Source: a virus (Duplodnaviria; Caudoviricetes). From it: a stretch of 43,767 nucleotides of DNA. The notes beneath the pieces are model-generated. The model had not been told where the DNA came from, made no database searches, and saw nothing but the letters and a program-made list of their open reading frames with translations. This document shows, piece by piece, positions 18,048 to 28,084 of this stretch (its first letter is position 1; each line of letters opens with the position of its first letter). The translations under genes and the position numbers were made by a program. The DNA lies in IMG/VR virus record IMGVR_UViG_3300024232_000005, positions 1 to 43,767 of that record, one strand, 5' to 3'.

Positions 18048-18764
18048 GTGGCGAGCTTCAATCTAACGCAGGTTGCCAATAAAGCGGCGCAGAAGTTGAT
18101 GGTTATCGACTCCAGCGGATCTTTGTCCACTCAACAGCTCAATGATGCGAAGGACATCGCGAACAACCTGCTAGAAAATTGGTCGGTGCAGCGGATCTAT
18201 GCGATCTCTGCACCAATCTCCGTCTTTAATCTGGTTTCAGGCCAGCAAAAATATTCAATCGGAACCGGGCTGAACTTCAATATCGCCCGTCCAGCAGCGA
18301 TTGAAGCAGCCAGCTTTCAGTTGAGCTTCGGAGGAGGCTCTCAGTCGTCCGAATTGAAGGTTTTGACCGCGGCGGAGTGGTCCTCGCTTCCGGATCGCAA
18401 CAGTTCGAGCACGTTGCCAAAGTTTCTCTATTACGATCGTGGATTCCCCACCGGATTCGTGTATCTGTCGCCCGTTCCGTTGGGTGGAACGCTTGAAGTA
18501 ACCAGTTGGGGCGCTCTCACGCAGTTCGCCGATCTGACTACGCCGATTACTCTCCAACCCGGCTATGCTCGGCTGCTTATCGCTGGGCTCGCTATCGAAA
18601 TGGCGCCGGATTACGAGGCTACGCCTGGCGCGGCGCTCGCCCAGGATTTTGCCGATGCCGCGGCGAACATTCGGCAACTCAATGCCGAGCTCATGGGGCC
18701 AGAGCCTCCAATTGGTCTGGTGGCGCCGAACCCCAATCAACCCGTTGCCGCCGGTGGAGGTTAG
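18048..18764 (+). CDS. Head-tail adaptor (P22 gp4-like), copy 1
   Basis: NNLLENWS, RPAAIEAA, PKFLYYDR, PGYARLLIAGLAIEMAPDY. Confidence 0.75.
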   Translation: MASFNLTQVANKAAQKLMVIDSSGSLSTQQLNDAKDIANNLLENWSVQRIYAISAPISVFNLVSGQQKYSIGTGLNFNIARPAAIEAASFQLSFGGGSQSSELKVLTAAEWSSLPDRNSSSTLPKFLYYDRGFPTGFVYLSPVPLGGTLEVTSWGALTQFADLTTPITLQPGYARLLIAGLAIEMAPDYEATPGAALAQDFADAAANIRQLNAELMGPEPPIGLVAPNPNQPVAAGGG

Positions 18765-18767
18765 CTT

Positions 18768-19598
18768 GTGTCGCGAACCTATACCGGCACTCAAATCATC
18801 TACCGCGCGGCGCGGGCGCTCGGAAACCTGCGCTCAGGCCAACCTGTGCCGACAGAGCAACTCCCTGACTTCATGGATTCCCTCAATGATATGGTGGATG
18901 GCTGGCAAGTCGATCAACGCAAGATTTTTTGCGTTGCGGCCAATCTCTACCAGCTCACGGCAGGTCAGCAGTTCTATCTGATCGGGCCCAACGCGCCTGC
19001 GTCGACAGTCGCAAACGGCAATACCTACATTGGAATTCAGGCGCCGCGTCCGAACGCGATTGAAGAAGCCAACATTCTAATTCAGAGCACGAATCCGGTG
19101 GTGCGCTATCAGATGGCGATTGTGAATGCGGAGCAGTGGAGCACCATCGCTGTGCAGACGCTGCCTTTCGCAATCCCAATGGTGCTTTGGAACGATAACA
19201 ATTTCCCGTCGACTGGGGCGACGGCAGGCTGCGCGGCGCTTAGCCTGTGGCCCGGCCCGCTTGGAAGCTATCCGCTTGAGCTGTTCACGTGGCAACAGAT
19301 TCAACAATTCGCCGATGCGACGACTTCTTATGCTTTCCCGCCGGGATACGCCGAAGCTATCATCTTTTCACTCGCTGAACATGCTGCATCGCTGTTCCGA
19401 TTCTACTTTAAAGTGCCCAATGCAGTGTTTGCCGAGCAATTCGAGCTGGTTAAGCAGCAAGCACGGCGCGCGCGGCAAAACATTGACGAATCGAACGCAC
19501 GTCAGGAGTTCATGGCGATCGATCCAGCATTTCAGTCTGTCGACTCGCGCTATGGGGCCTGGTCTTATTTGACCGGGGGATGGGGGCGTACACTCTGA
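18768..19598 (+). CDS. Head-tail adaptor (P22 gp4-like), copy 2
   Basis: LNDMVDGWQ, RPNAIEEA, FPPGYAEAIIFSLA. Confidence 0.75.
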   Translation: MSRTYTGTQIIYRAARALGNLRSGQPVPTEQLPDFMDSLNDMVDGWQVDQRKIFCVAANLYQLTAGQQFYLIGPNAPASTVANGNTYIGIQAPRPNAIEEANILIQSTNPVVRYQMAIVNAEQWSTIAVQTLPFAIPMVLWNDNNFPSTGATAGCAALSLWPGPLGSYPLELFTWQQIQQFADATTSYAFPPGYAEAIIFSLAEHAASLFRFYFKVPNAVFAEQFELVKQQARRARQNIDESNARQEFMAIDPAFQSVDSRYGAWSYLTGGWGRTL

Positions 19599-21073
19599 TG
19601 CCCACTGTCCCTGATTTTGGTTTTTGCGGGGCTTGCTATACCGCCATCACGCCGCTGCTTGATGCGCAGGACTGCCTTAACCTCTATCCTGAGCCCGGAA
19701 TCGCTCGCAGTAAGGGGCCTATGGCCCTTATCGGTACTCCTGGCCTGTCGCTGTTTACGACGCTGCCTCATGGCCCGGTTCGCGGGCTGTTCGCGGGTAA
19801 CGCGCGGTTGTTCGCTGTCGGGGGAACGCACGTTTACGAAGTTTCAAACACGGGGACCATAATTACCGATTTTGGAGCTATCCCCGGCGCCACGAATGGG
19901 CCGGTTCGAATGGTGGCGAACGGCAATGACCTGGCTGTGATGGATTCCTCGGTAGCTCAGGTCTGGATCGCAGCCGGCGGTACACTCACGCTTGGCATCG
20001 CTGCGTTCGACATCGATTATCTGGATACGTTCTATTTTGCGCTTGCTGACACCCCAGTTAATCAAGTGAACCAGTCGGCTTCCCTGGATGGGACGACTTG
20101 GCCGGTGCTCAATTTTGCTGTTCGAACGGGGACTCCGGATTTTCTGACCGCGATTGCGGTGATCAACAATCAGGTTTGGCTGCTCGGTCAGAAGAACACC
20201 GAAATCTGGTACAACGCCGGCAATCCTGGGTTTGTTCTGCAGCGCGGCTCGGGCGCAGCAACCATCAATCAGGGCTGCTCGAATCGAAACAGCGTCATCA
20301 AGATCGACAACACGATTCAATGGCTCGGCGGTGACGACCGCGGACCGAATGTGGTCTACCAAGCCTCCGGGCAGACGCCGAAACGCATCAGCAATTATGC
20401 CGTGGAGCAGTTGATGGGCGGATACAGCGTCGTAGGAGAAGGCACGCTGGGTCCGGGGAATGTTCGCTGCTTCGCCTATCAGGAAGATGGGCACCTGTTC
20501 AATGTGATGAACTTCAACGGGGCCAATGGTGGAGTAGGGGCAACGCTGGTTTATGACTGCACGACGGGCTTTTGGCATCGTCGAGGGTACTTGAACCCTG
20601 GATCGGGGGTGATCGAACGCATTCGGGCGGATTGCTTCGCATCCGTTCCGCAATTCCTACCAGGTGGGCTCACGGGCAACTTCGTGGGTGATTATGCGAA
20701 TGGGAACATCTACATTCAATCGCTCTCGACTGCTTCTGACAACGGGGACCCGATTAAGAGAATTCGCACTACGCCGCATGTAGCGGATCGGGATTTCTGG
20801 TACACCTATCCGAGCCTTCGGGTAGACGCCGATTGCGGGACGGCCACGGCAACACTCGAGCTGTCAGACAATGGCGGGAAAAATTTCCGCTTTGCGGCAG
20901 GCGGCGCAATCCCGACGATCACGCCTCCATCGACCAATGACCTGCCGTACTATCAATGGCTGCAGCTTGGGCACTCACGGGACCGCGTGTTTCGATTCTC
21001 AACTACATCGTCGACGCAATTGATTCGCCTGCAGGGCGCATATTTGAATGCGAACAAAGGGCAGGAGGTTTGA
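19598..21073 (+). CDS. Tail hub / DNA stabilization protein (P22 gp10-like)
   Basis: CLNLYPE...GTPGL, NTEIWYNAG, AYQEDGHLF, TLVYDCTTGFWH, LGHSRDRVFR. Confidence 0.88.
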   Translation: MPTVPDFGFCGACYTAITPLLDAQDCLNLYPEPGIARSKGPMALIGTPGLSLFTTLPHGPVRGLFAGNARLFAVGGTHVYEVSNTGTIITDFGAIPGATNGPVRMVANGNDLAVMDSSVAQVWIAAGGTLTLGIAAFDIDYLDTFYFALADTPVNQVNQSASLDGTTWPVLNFAVRTGTPDFLTAIAVINNQVWLLGQKNTEIWYNAGNPGFVLQRGSGAATINQGCSNRNSVIKIDNTIQWLGGDDRGPNVVYQASGQTPKRISNYAVEQLMGGYSVVGEGTLGPGNVRCFAYQEDGHLFNVMNFNGANGGVGATLVYDCTTGFWHRRGYLNPGSGVIERIRADCFASVPQFLPGGLTGNFVGDYANGNIYIQSLSTASDNGDPIKRIRTTPHVADRDFWYTYPSLRVDADCGTATATLELSDNGGKNFRFAAGGAIPTITPPSTNDLPYYQWLQLGHSRDRVFRFSTTSSTQLIRLQGAYLNANKGQEV

Positions 21074-21639
21074 TGGCCACTGACGTTAACACTGGCTATA
21101 CTCCGGCTCCGGTAACGACGCCGCAGCACATTCCGATTCCTGAGGAGATCGATATCACCACTCAGGATCACGGAATTCCTTCGTGGTCTTGGGTGTCCTG
21201 GTATAACCGCATTGACGGCTACATTCAACAGTTGCTAGCTTTCATGGCGCTCGGTGGGCAGATTACCGTTGTGAACGCAGTTGGTACGGCGAATCCGGCT
21301 CTGACGACAACCCCCACGGCAATCGCTGGAACCACCATCACTTTGAACAAGGCAGGGACTTGGATCATCCGTGGCTACTCGAACATTCGCGCCGATCCCG
21401 CGAGCAATCTGTGTATTATTGGGCTTAAGCTTTCCGTTGGGGGAATTCAGGCCGGAGACATGGAATGCGCGGCACCAACCGGCTTGATCGCAGTTTTCCA
21501 GTTGGCGTATGAGTGGCTGGTGACAGTCACGGGAACGACGACGACGGCGCAGTTGGTAGGTTCTAAATCGGTAAATGCGGGGGTGAGCTTGTGCAACAGT
21601 GTAGGCACGGCAATCTTCGCGGAATGGATTCACGCGTAA
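21073..21639 (+). CDS. Tail accessory protein
   Basis: SWSWVSWY motif near N-terminus, beta-rich C-terminus, GGAGG RBS, position after gp10-like gene. Confidence 0.65.
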   Translation: MATDVNTGYTPAPVTTPQHIPIPEEIDITTQDHGIPSWSWVSWYNRIDGYIQQLLAFMALGGQITVVNAVGTANPALTTTPTAIAGTTITLNKAGTWIIRGYSNIRADPASNLCIIGLKLSVGGIQAGDMECAAPTGLIAVFQLAYEWLVTVTGTTTTAQLVGSKSVNAGVSLCNSVGTAIFAEWIHA

Positions 21640-21657
21640 TGGCTGGAGAAAATTAGC

Positions 21658-23805
21658 ATGGCGAATTCGCAGGTATCGCAGAACTTTGCGCAGCTCGGCA
21701 AATCAGGCAATTATGTTGTTACTTTCCGATGGACCGGGGACGACGCTAACGGAACGGTCCCGATAACAGCAGCCATGCTGCAGGCCGACGTTCAGGGGTT
21801 CCGTATCCTGTCGGTCGAAACACAGCCTTTGACGCCGGCACCGACCGCCTCTTACAATATTCAGCTTCTCGATTCCTTCGGGGCGGATATGATGGGTGGG
21901 GCGCTCACTGGCTTGAGCAATTCATCGAGTCAGATCTTCGCAGCTTCCAGTGCGACTCCAGCGATTAATGGGACATTCAGCCTGAAGATCACAGGCAATT
22001 CCGCAGTGAGCGCACGCGGTGTTGTAGTGGTCTATTTTGGACCTACGAGCCTGATCAATAGTAACGCGGGGAGTCCAGGACCCGCCGGACCTGCCGGACC
22101 GACTGGACCTGCGGGACCGACTGGGCCAACTGAATCTGGAATTCTGGTATCGGCACAGGCTTTCTCGCGATCTCCTGGAGGGAGCCTCACTGCAGCAAAT
22201 CCGTCAACGGTTACACTCGCCCCGGTTCCGTTCGGGGTCAACGGCACCGATACAAACCACTACGTTTATATCTCCGGGGGAACCGGGACAGCAGAAGCGG
22301 TCCTGATTACAGGCGGTACGGCCGTCAGCGGAGCAGCGACCGGGACGATTACGTTCACGCCGGTGAACAATCATACGGGAGCTTGGACGGTGAGCTCAGC
22401 CAGCGGCGGGTTGGCGGAAAGCCTTGTGCTGTTGGCAGGCAACGGCACAATCCTCATGGACATCACAGCTCCATGTACCCTGCACCAGAAAGTCACTTTC
22501 CCGGCGGCTCTCATCACGCTTCAAGGTGGCAGCACTTTCAATCCGTGCATTATTCGCGGAGCCGATTACGTAAACGGCGATCTTCTGTATGTTGGACCAA
22601 CTGCAAGCCTTGAGCTTCAGAGCATACGCATCGAGAATGGAGCGATCAGCACGCAAACCAGCGGTGCCGCGATCCACTACCAGCGTGGCAATGGAAGATT
22701 TACGAACGTCTCAGTTTTCAATGGTTACATCGGCGCTTTACTGGAAGGCGTTTCGATCTTCGAATCGGTGAATTATTTCTTCTACAGCGCCGACGCTTGG
22801 ACGTTTTCTGGCCTGCACGTGAAAGGCGATAGCGCCATTCCTTCGGCTGATCTTATTTTCTTGGGTGGCCACATCTACCTGACTGGTGGAACACCCACGG
22901 GAGCCAGCGGTTCAGGCAATGTTCGTCTGAGCGGTGTCGACTCCTTCAAGATGATCGGAACCACGCTAGGTTTCGGCAATTACCAGATCAACATCAACCC
23001 GGACACTGGCTACAACGTGCTCAATGTTTTCTTCGGCGACATCGAAGGCGATACGGCCAATATCAACGGGATCGCGTTGAACTCGCTCAATGGAGGTGTC
23101 GTCTCGAATGTCACTTTCAATAATTGCAAGTTTTTAGGGGAGGGTGGTGTCAATACAACCTACGGTTTCGATTGGGCTTTTTCCGCAGTTCCGACAGGAA
23201 CCATCAACACGATTCAGGTCTTGAACTGCACCTTCCAAGGGTGGGGAGATTTTGGGATTGCAATCGCGGTATCTAGCCCTTCATCGCAGATCAATAATTG
23301 CCTGATTTCGAATAACAACACAAACAACACGGCGGCGCATGGTGGACTTTGGTGCTTTGGAGCTGCCGGCATCAATATCAGCGGCAATGTCATGCAGGGC
23401 ACAAACCCGACAGGTGGTCATCAGTATTACGGACTGGTGATTTCATCGACGTGCGACAACTTGGTGGTCACTGGAAACAATCTCAGTGGCATCACGGCGC
23501 CCGTTCAGTTCAATAGCATCCCTGCTAATTTTGTGCTGAGAGGGAATATCGGGATCGACAATATCATCCCGGCTGTCGCTAGCGCGGCCGCACTCAGTTT
23601 CCCGCCGAATCCGTTCTTTACTATCACAGGAACGACAGGCGTGACATCGGTAAATTCGATGTGGGCCGGTGAGTCGGGTATGTTCGTTACGACCACTGGA
23701 GCCGTAACGTTTACTGCAGGCGCGACGATCGGCAACACGTTCACCACGACGCAAAATGTACCCGTTAACTTCTTCTTTGATGGGACTAAGGTTTGGCTGC
23801 ACTGA
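21658..23805 (+). CDS. Tailspike with collagen linker and parallel beta-helix (depolymerase-like)
   Basis: (Gxx)7 repeat; N/I-rich repeats such as NISGNVM and VVTGNNL. Confidence 0.8.
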   Translation: MANSQVSQNFAQLGKSGNYVVTFRWTGDDANGTVPITAAMLQADVQGFRILSVETQPLTPAPTASYNIQLLDSFGADMMGGALTGLSNSSSQIFAASSATPAINGTFSLKITGNSAVSARGVVVVYFGPTSLINSNAGSPGPAGPAGPTGPAGPTGPTESGILVSAQAFSRSPGGSLTAANPSTVTLAPVPFGVNGTDTNHYVYISGGTGTAEAVLITGGTAVSGAATGTITFTPVNNHTGAWTVSSASGGLAESLVLLAGNGTILMDITAPCTLHQKVTFPAALITLQGGSTFNPCIIRGADYVNGDLLYVGPTASLELQSIRIENGAISTQTSGAAIHYQRGNGRFTNVSVFNGYIGALLEGVSIFESVNYFFYSADAWTFSGLHVKGDSAIPSADLIFLGGHIYLTGGTPTGASGSGNVRLSGVDSFKMIGTTLGFGNYQININPDTGYNVLNVFFGDIEGDTANINGIALNSLNGGVVSNVTFNNCKFLGEGGVNTTYGFDWAFSAVPTGTINTIQVLNCTFQGWGDFGIAIAVSSPSSQINNCLISNNNTNNTAAHGGLWCFGAAGINISGNVMQGTNPTGGHQYYGLVISSTCDNLVVTGNNLSGITAPVQFNSIPANFVLRGNIGIDNIIPAVASAAALSFPPNPFFTITGTTGVTSVNSMWAGESGMFVTTTGAVTFTAGATIGNTFTTTQNVPVNFFFDGTKVWLH
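22069..22131 (+). repeat. Collagen-like Gly-X-Y repeat (7 triplets)
   Basis: GSP GPA GPA GPT GPA GPT GPT. Confidence 0.85.
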
Positions 23806-24266
23806 TGTATACGTTTGAACGCACACTCGACATGGAGCAGGTCCGACAGATCGTGACGCATCCGCGCGTCTACGGGCACGTATCCGATGATTCGGCGCCG
23901 CCGGCATCCAGCTACAAGCCGAATCCAGACCTGTTCTATCTCCTGGCGCGTTTCAACGATGTGCTGCTCGGCTGCTGGGTGTTCCTTCAGATGGAGGAGG
24001 CGTGGGAGGTTCACACGTGCCTGCTTCCAAACGCTTACGGGCGGGCCAAGATCGCAGGCCGCAAAATGCTCGATTGGTTGTGGCAGAATACCGGCGCGAA
24101 GCGAGTCACAACCGCGGTTCCGGTGACTAATAAGCTCGCGATTGCGCTCGCGAAAGAGTGCGGGATGGTGGAGTTCGATCATAAGGCCGAAGCCTATCCT
24201 AAAAACGGCAAGAAGCACGACGTGGTGCTGCTCGAAATCAATCGTCCGGAGGTCAAATGTCCCTAG
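23805..24266 (+). CDS. GNAT-fold head assembly protein (DUF2824-like)
   Basis: WEVHTCLLP, VTTAVP..NKLAIALAKECGM; usual position before ejection proteins. Confidence 0.8.
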   Translation: MYTFERTLDMEQVRQIVTHPRVYGHVSDDSAPPASSYKPNPDLFYLLARFNDVLLGCWVFLQMEEAWEVHTCLLPNAYGRAKIAGRKMLDWLWQNTGAKRVTTAVPVTNKLAIALAKECGMVEFDHKAEAYPKNGKKHDVVLLEINRPEVKCP

Positions 24267-25180
24267 TCTCTGGATTGCTTGGGTTCTCGGCAGTCGGACG
24301 CGCTGGAAACGCCATCAACGATGCGAATATTGCGGCTGAACATGGCGTCCTGAACGCGACGGACAGCGCACAGAAGGGCGTTCAACAGCAGCTCGGCAGC
24401 AATGCGATCAACGTCGGTGCTGCAGGCGACACCGCCAAAAACATGGTTGCAGATGCGACCACGAACGCTAACAACGCTCTTTCAAATACGCTCAGCGCAT
24501 CCAAGGCAAACTTTGACCCGTATTTGGCTGCTGGCCAAGCTGGTGCTGCGGGGCTCGCGGATCGCGCGACGAATCTCCCGCAATTCGATTTCGGTAAGGC
24601 AAATTTCCAAGATCCGAACGATCCGGCATATCAGGCGCAGCAGTTTCAGCTTAAGCAGGGATCGGAGGCGATCAACAATTCGGCGTCGGCTACCGGGCTT
24701 GCGAATTCCGGTAACGTTCTCAAGGCTCTGACGGGATACGGTCAAAGTCTCGCGAACACATATTACGATCAGGCGTTCCAGCGGGCGAAGTCGACATTCG
24801 ACACCAACCAAAACGCAAGTCTCGCAAACCTGACCGCGGCGGCGGGGACCGGGCTAAATGCGGCAGGTCAGTACAACAATGCCCTGCTGAATGTCGGTGG
24901 ACAGCAAGCGGCGAACACCATCGGAGCTGGTGTGTACGGCGGCAACACGATCAACAATAACGCTCTGTTCAACGCGCAGCAAGGGTTGCAGGGTGAGGAG
25001 TACATTGGCAACGCTGGAATCGGTGGTTCCAAGCTGGCCGGCGATTACGCGGTAAATGGTGCGCAGGGTCGAGCCGCTGGCATCCTCGGGCAGGGGAATA
25101 GCTTGAGCAACATCATCGGGGGCATTGATTTCGGGAAGCTTTTTGGATCAACTGTGGGTGATTGGGCGGGAGCTTTATAA
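24257..25180 (+). CDS. DNA ejection protein (P22 gp7-like)
   Basis: PYLAAG, DPAY...FQLKQG..AINNSASATG..SGNVLKALTGYGQSLA pattern. Confidence 0.8.
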   Translation: MSLVSGLLGFSAVGRAGNAINDANIAAEHGVLNATDSAQKGVQQQLGSNAINVGAAGDTAKNMVADATTNANNALSNTLSASKANFDPYLAAGQAGAAGLADRATNLPQFDFGKANFQDPNDPAYQAQQFQLKQGSEAINNSASATGLANSGNVLKALTGYGQSLANTYYDQAFQRAKSTFDTNQNASLANLTAAAGTGLNAAGQYNNALLNVGGQQAANTIGAGVYGGNTINNNALFNAQQGLQGEEYIGNAGIGGSKLAGDYAVNGAQGRAAGILGQGNSLSNIIGGIDFGKLFGSTVGDWAGAL

Positions 25181-26745
25181 TGGGCGCACTCCTCAACGCA
25201 ATTGCGCAGGGCATTGATCCTCAGGCAGGGATTCAGCGGCGGCAGGCGACACAAGCCAATCAGAATCAACTCGCGCTTGCGCCTGGCCAACAGCAGATTC
25301 AGAATGAGCAGGTCAGGCAGCAACAGCTTAAAACTCAACAGGAGGAACTCGCGGCGAACGATGAGAAAATTCAGCGTCAATCGATGATTGATGCCGCTGG
25401 TGATCCTGATACCTACATTCGTTTACTCGCGAAGCGCGGTGCGCGCCCGACAACGGTAGCGGCGGCGCAGCAATCCGTATTTCAGCAGAAACAGAACTAC
25501 CTGACGCTCTCGAAGGAACAAAGGGCCGAGTTGGATGCACAGCATGAAAGGCTTAGGGGCGGACTCGAAGCAATTCAGGCAGCTCCGGTTGATCAAAAGC
25601 AGGCCGCATGGGATCAGGTTCTCAAGCAGACGGCGCAAACCGATCCGAAAGAAGCCGCAACACTCCCATTGCAATATCCTGGCGACGATTGGGTTGCTTT
25701 GCATCACAATGCAATGGGGATGAGCGGATCGATTCTAAAACAGGCCAACGAAGAGGCGACTGGCAACAAACTACAGGCTGAAGCAGATAAAGCTACAGCG
25801 GATGCGCTCAAGACCGAAGCTGAGCTACCTGGAGTCGCTGCCGAGGCTACTGGTAAGGTAGCGACATTGCCGGTGACGCAGGCGACTGCAGAGGCTACGC
25901 TTGCGGATAAGCAGCTATTGCCGCCGGTGGAGCGCGTCAAGGCCGATGCCGAAGCAGCCAAAGCCGTCGAAGAGAAACGCTGGCATGGAGTACAGGAAGC
26001 GGCGGAGAAAGGCAAACTCAGCATCGAAGGCGCGAAGCTCGCGCTCTCACAAAAGGAGTTCAATGCCAAGTTTGGAAGCCCTACATCTCGCGCGGCTTTC
26101 ACGGAATCGGTGAAGAACAATCCAGATTCATATTTTTCACTGCCGCCTGAAATGAAGCCTGGGGTAGCAGCGGATCTGGTAGCGCAAGGGCTGAGTGTTC
26201 CTACGCAACTACCCGCCGACATCAAATCTCGCGCTGCATCCGCTGGGCTAACGCTGCAATCGATTGATCGCGTAAAAGCGCTGCTGGCTGATCCTGACAT
26301 CGCGGGAGCGATCGGGCCAATTGCGGGCAGGCTTGGCAATCTTGAGCAATCTGTCGGGGATACTTTCTTTGGGGAGAATGACCCGCGGGCGCGAAAAGAG
26401 CAGCAGCTTCGCACAGAACTGGCTTACCTTAAATTTCAGGAGTCCAAGGGGCTATTCGGCGGGCGGCCAGCGCAGCAGCTCATCAAGAGTCTGTCATCGG
26501 TGAGTGCGAATGCTTCAATGTCGCAGAATCTCATCAACGGATCACTGGACGCAATGTCAAATTCGATGAAGGCGGTAGGAAAGGAAGCAAAGGCTTATAG
26601 TTTCGGCGGAGCGCAGGGCGCCGTGAATGCGACCGGCGATGCAGCACCAGTTTCAAATTACAAGGTGGGCGATACCGTAAAGATCAAAGGCAAGGAAATG
26701 AAGGTAACAGCCGTGCATCCAGACGGCAGTTTTGACGCGAAGTAA
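25180..26745 (+). CDS. DNA ejection protein (gp20-like)
   Basis: Q/A-rich helical protein coupled after gp7-like gene. Confidence 0.65.
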   Translation: MGALLNAIAQGIDPQAGIQRRQATQANQNQLALAPGQQQIQNEQVRQQQLKTQQEELAANDEKIQRQSMIDAAGDPDTYIRLLAKRGARPTTVAAAQQSVFQQKQNYLTLSKEQRAELDAQHERLRGGLEAIQAAPVDQKQAAWDQVLKQTAQTDPKEAATLPLQYPGDDWVALHHNAMGMSGSILKQANEEATGNKLQAEADKATADALKTEAELPGVAAEATGKVATLPVTQATAEATLADKQLLPPVERVKADAEAAKAVEEKRWHGVQEAAEKGKLSIEGAKLALSQKEFNAKFGSPTSRAAFTESVKNNPDSYFSLPPEMKPGVAADLVAQGLSVPTQLPADIKSRAASAGLTLQSIDRVKALLADPDIAGAIGPIAGRLGNLEQSVGDTFFGENDPRARKEQQLRTELAYLKFQESKGLFGGRPAQQLIKSLSSVSANASMSQNLINGSLDAMSNSMKAVGKEAKAYSFGGAQGAVNATGDAAPVSNYKVGDTVKIKGKEMKVTAVHPDGSFDAK

Positions 26746-28070
26746 TGGCACAGGGACAATACAGTAGCGCCGATATCGATCAGACGCCACCGAAGGGACA
26801 ATTTCGCCCAGGTGATGTTGACAAACCTCCTCCTTCCGCGTGGGAGCGGCTTAAAACTGCTTTCACCGATGAAATGCAGCACGGTCCAACACGCTTGCTC
26901 GATGCGCTGAGCGGGTCGCATCCGTTGGATGTTTTGAAAAACATCCCCGGTGGTATCAAGGAAATGCTCGTCGGCTTGAGCGAGGGCGATCCCGAGGTAG
27001 CGGGGCGTACGCTGGCGCAACTGCCCTTGATGCTTTTGAATGAAGGGGCCGCTGGCAAATTTGGCGAAGCTGCTGGGGCAGCAAAATCTGGTGTTGTAAA
27101 AGGTGCGACTGCGGTAGCTGAAAAGGCGGTTGATGCAGCGGTATCACCAACCGGGCAGGCAGTGCGTACGTTTGTCAAGGAACTGCCAATTGTGAAGGGA
27201 GCACGCAAGGCGCTCGATGTGCGCAATGATGCCCTTGCTCAGCAGATATTGGATGAAGCGCCAACGATTCCTGATCCGAGGACTCCACCAGGATTGACTA
27301 CGCAGTATCAAGAGCCGTTTGTTCCTAAGCCTGTGGTTCGCGAAACTCCGCAGACATACGGAACTCCAGCGAGTTCGCTTTATCCCAAGGAAACAGCCAA
27401 GCCATCAGTGCCATCTAAACCGCCGGTTATTGATGCCACTGTAGTCGACCCATTGCAGGCGGCGATGGAAGAAATCTCGATGAAGATGGAGAAGGTGCCG
27501 TTAGCGCGCCTCGATCCGCGGAGACGTGCAGCTATTCAGAAGATCGCAGAGGCTGATCTTGCGCAACGGGCTGCCGCTGTTTTGCCCGCCACGCCGCCAC
27601 CCGCAGCCGTCGAAAATTCGCCAGCAATGCAGAATCAACCAGTTACCATCGAAAATTCGCCGAACATCGTCGAAAATTCGACAGCTAACCCTGTTTCACG
27701 TGAAACTGGAGATGTTCCACAGTCCACGAATCCATCATTGGTCGTAAGTCCAGCTCGCGCAAGTGCTCCATTTTCACCATCGCTTCCTGATCGGCAGCTT
27801 ACCGGCAAGGGAACCATGGCGGAAGGTGCAAGTTCAGCTTTTGATGCTCAGCAACAGGCCGAAGGTTTCGCTAAACTGTTCAAGGAAAACGGAATTTCGG
27901 CAAGTGACCTAGAAAAAGCACCACTGGAGCAGTGGGAAGGTGCGGCCAAGATGGGCGGACTCGCGAAACCGACCAAGGAAGTGATATCGCGGACGCTATT
28001 CGAGCTTCGCAGGGCCGAAAGAGCTTCACCTTTCGCGGAAAAACTGAAAGCGGCTTTAAGTCAGCCATGA
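26745..28070 (+). CDS. Putative ejection/internal virion protein
   Basis: Third coupled A/P-rich helical gene of the ejection cluster. Confidence 0.55.
   Translation: MAQGQYSSADIDQTPPKGQFRPGDVDKPPPSAWERLKTAFTDEMQHGPTRLLDALSGSHPLDVLKNIPGGIKEMLVGLSEGDPEVAGRTLAQLPLMLLNEGAAGKFGEAAGAAKSGVVKGATAVAEKAVDAAVSPTGQAVRTFVKELPIVKGARKALDVRNDALAQQILDEAPTIPDPRTPPGLTTQYQEPFVPKPVVRETPQTYGTPASSLYPKETAKPSVPSKPPVIDATVVDPLQAAMEEISMKMEKVPLARLDPRRRAAIQKIAEADLAQRAAAVLPATPPPAAVENSPAMQNQPVTIENSPNIVENSTANPVSRETGDVPQSTNPSLVVSPARASAPFSPSLPDRQLTGKGTMAEGASSAFDAQQQAEGFAKLFKENGISASDLEKAPLEQWEGAAKMGGLAKPTKEVISRTLFELRRAERASPFAEKLKAALSQP
27610..27680. repeat. Three copies of TCGAAAATTCG next to parS-like site
   Basis: Exact copies at 27610, 27649 and 27670. 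Confidence 0.75.
27692..27707. promoter_or_regulatory. parS-like ParB/Spo0J binding palindrome
   Basis: TGTTTCACGTGAAACT, 15/16 match to chromosomal parS consensus TGTTTCACGTGAAACA. Confidence 0.7.
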
Positions 28071-28084
28071 AGGAGAAAAACGGT

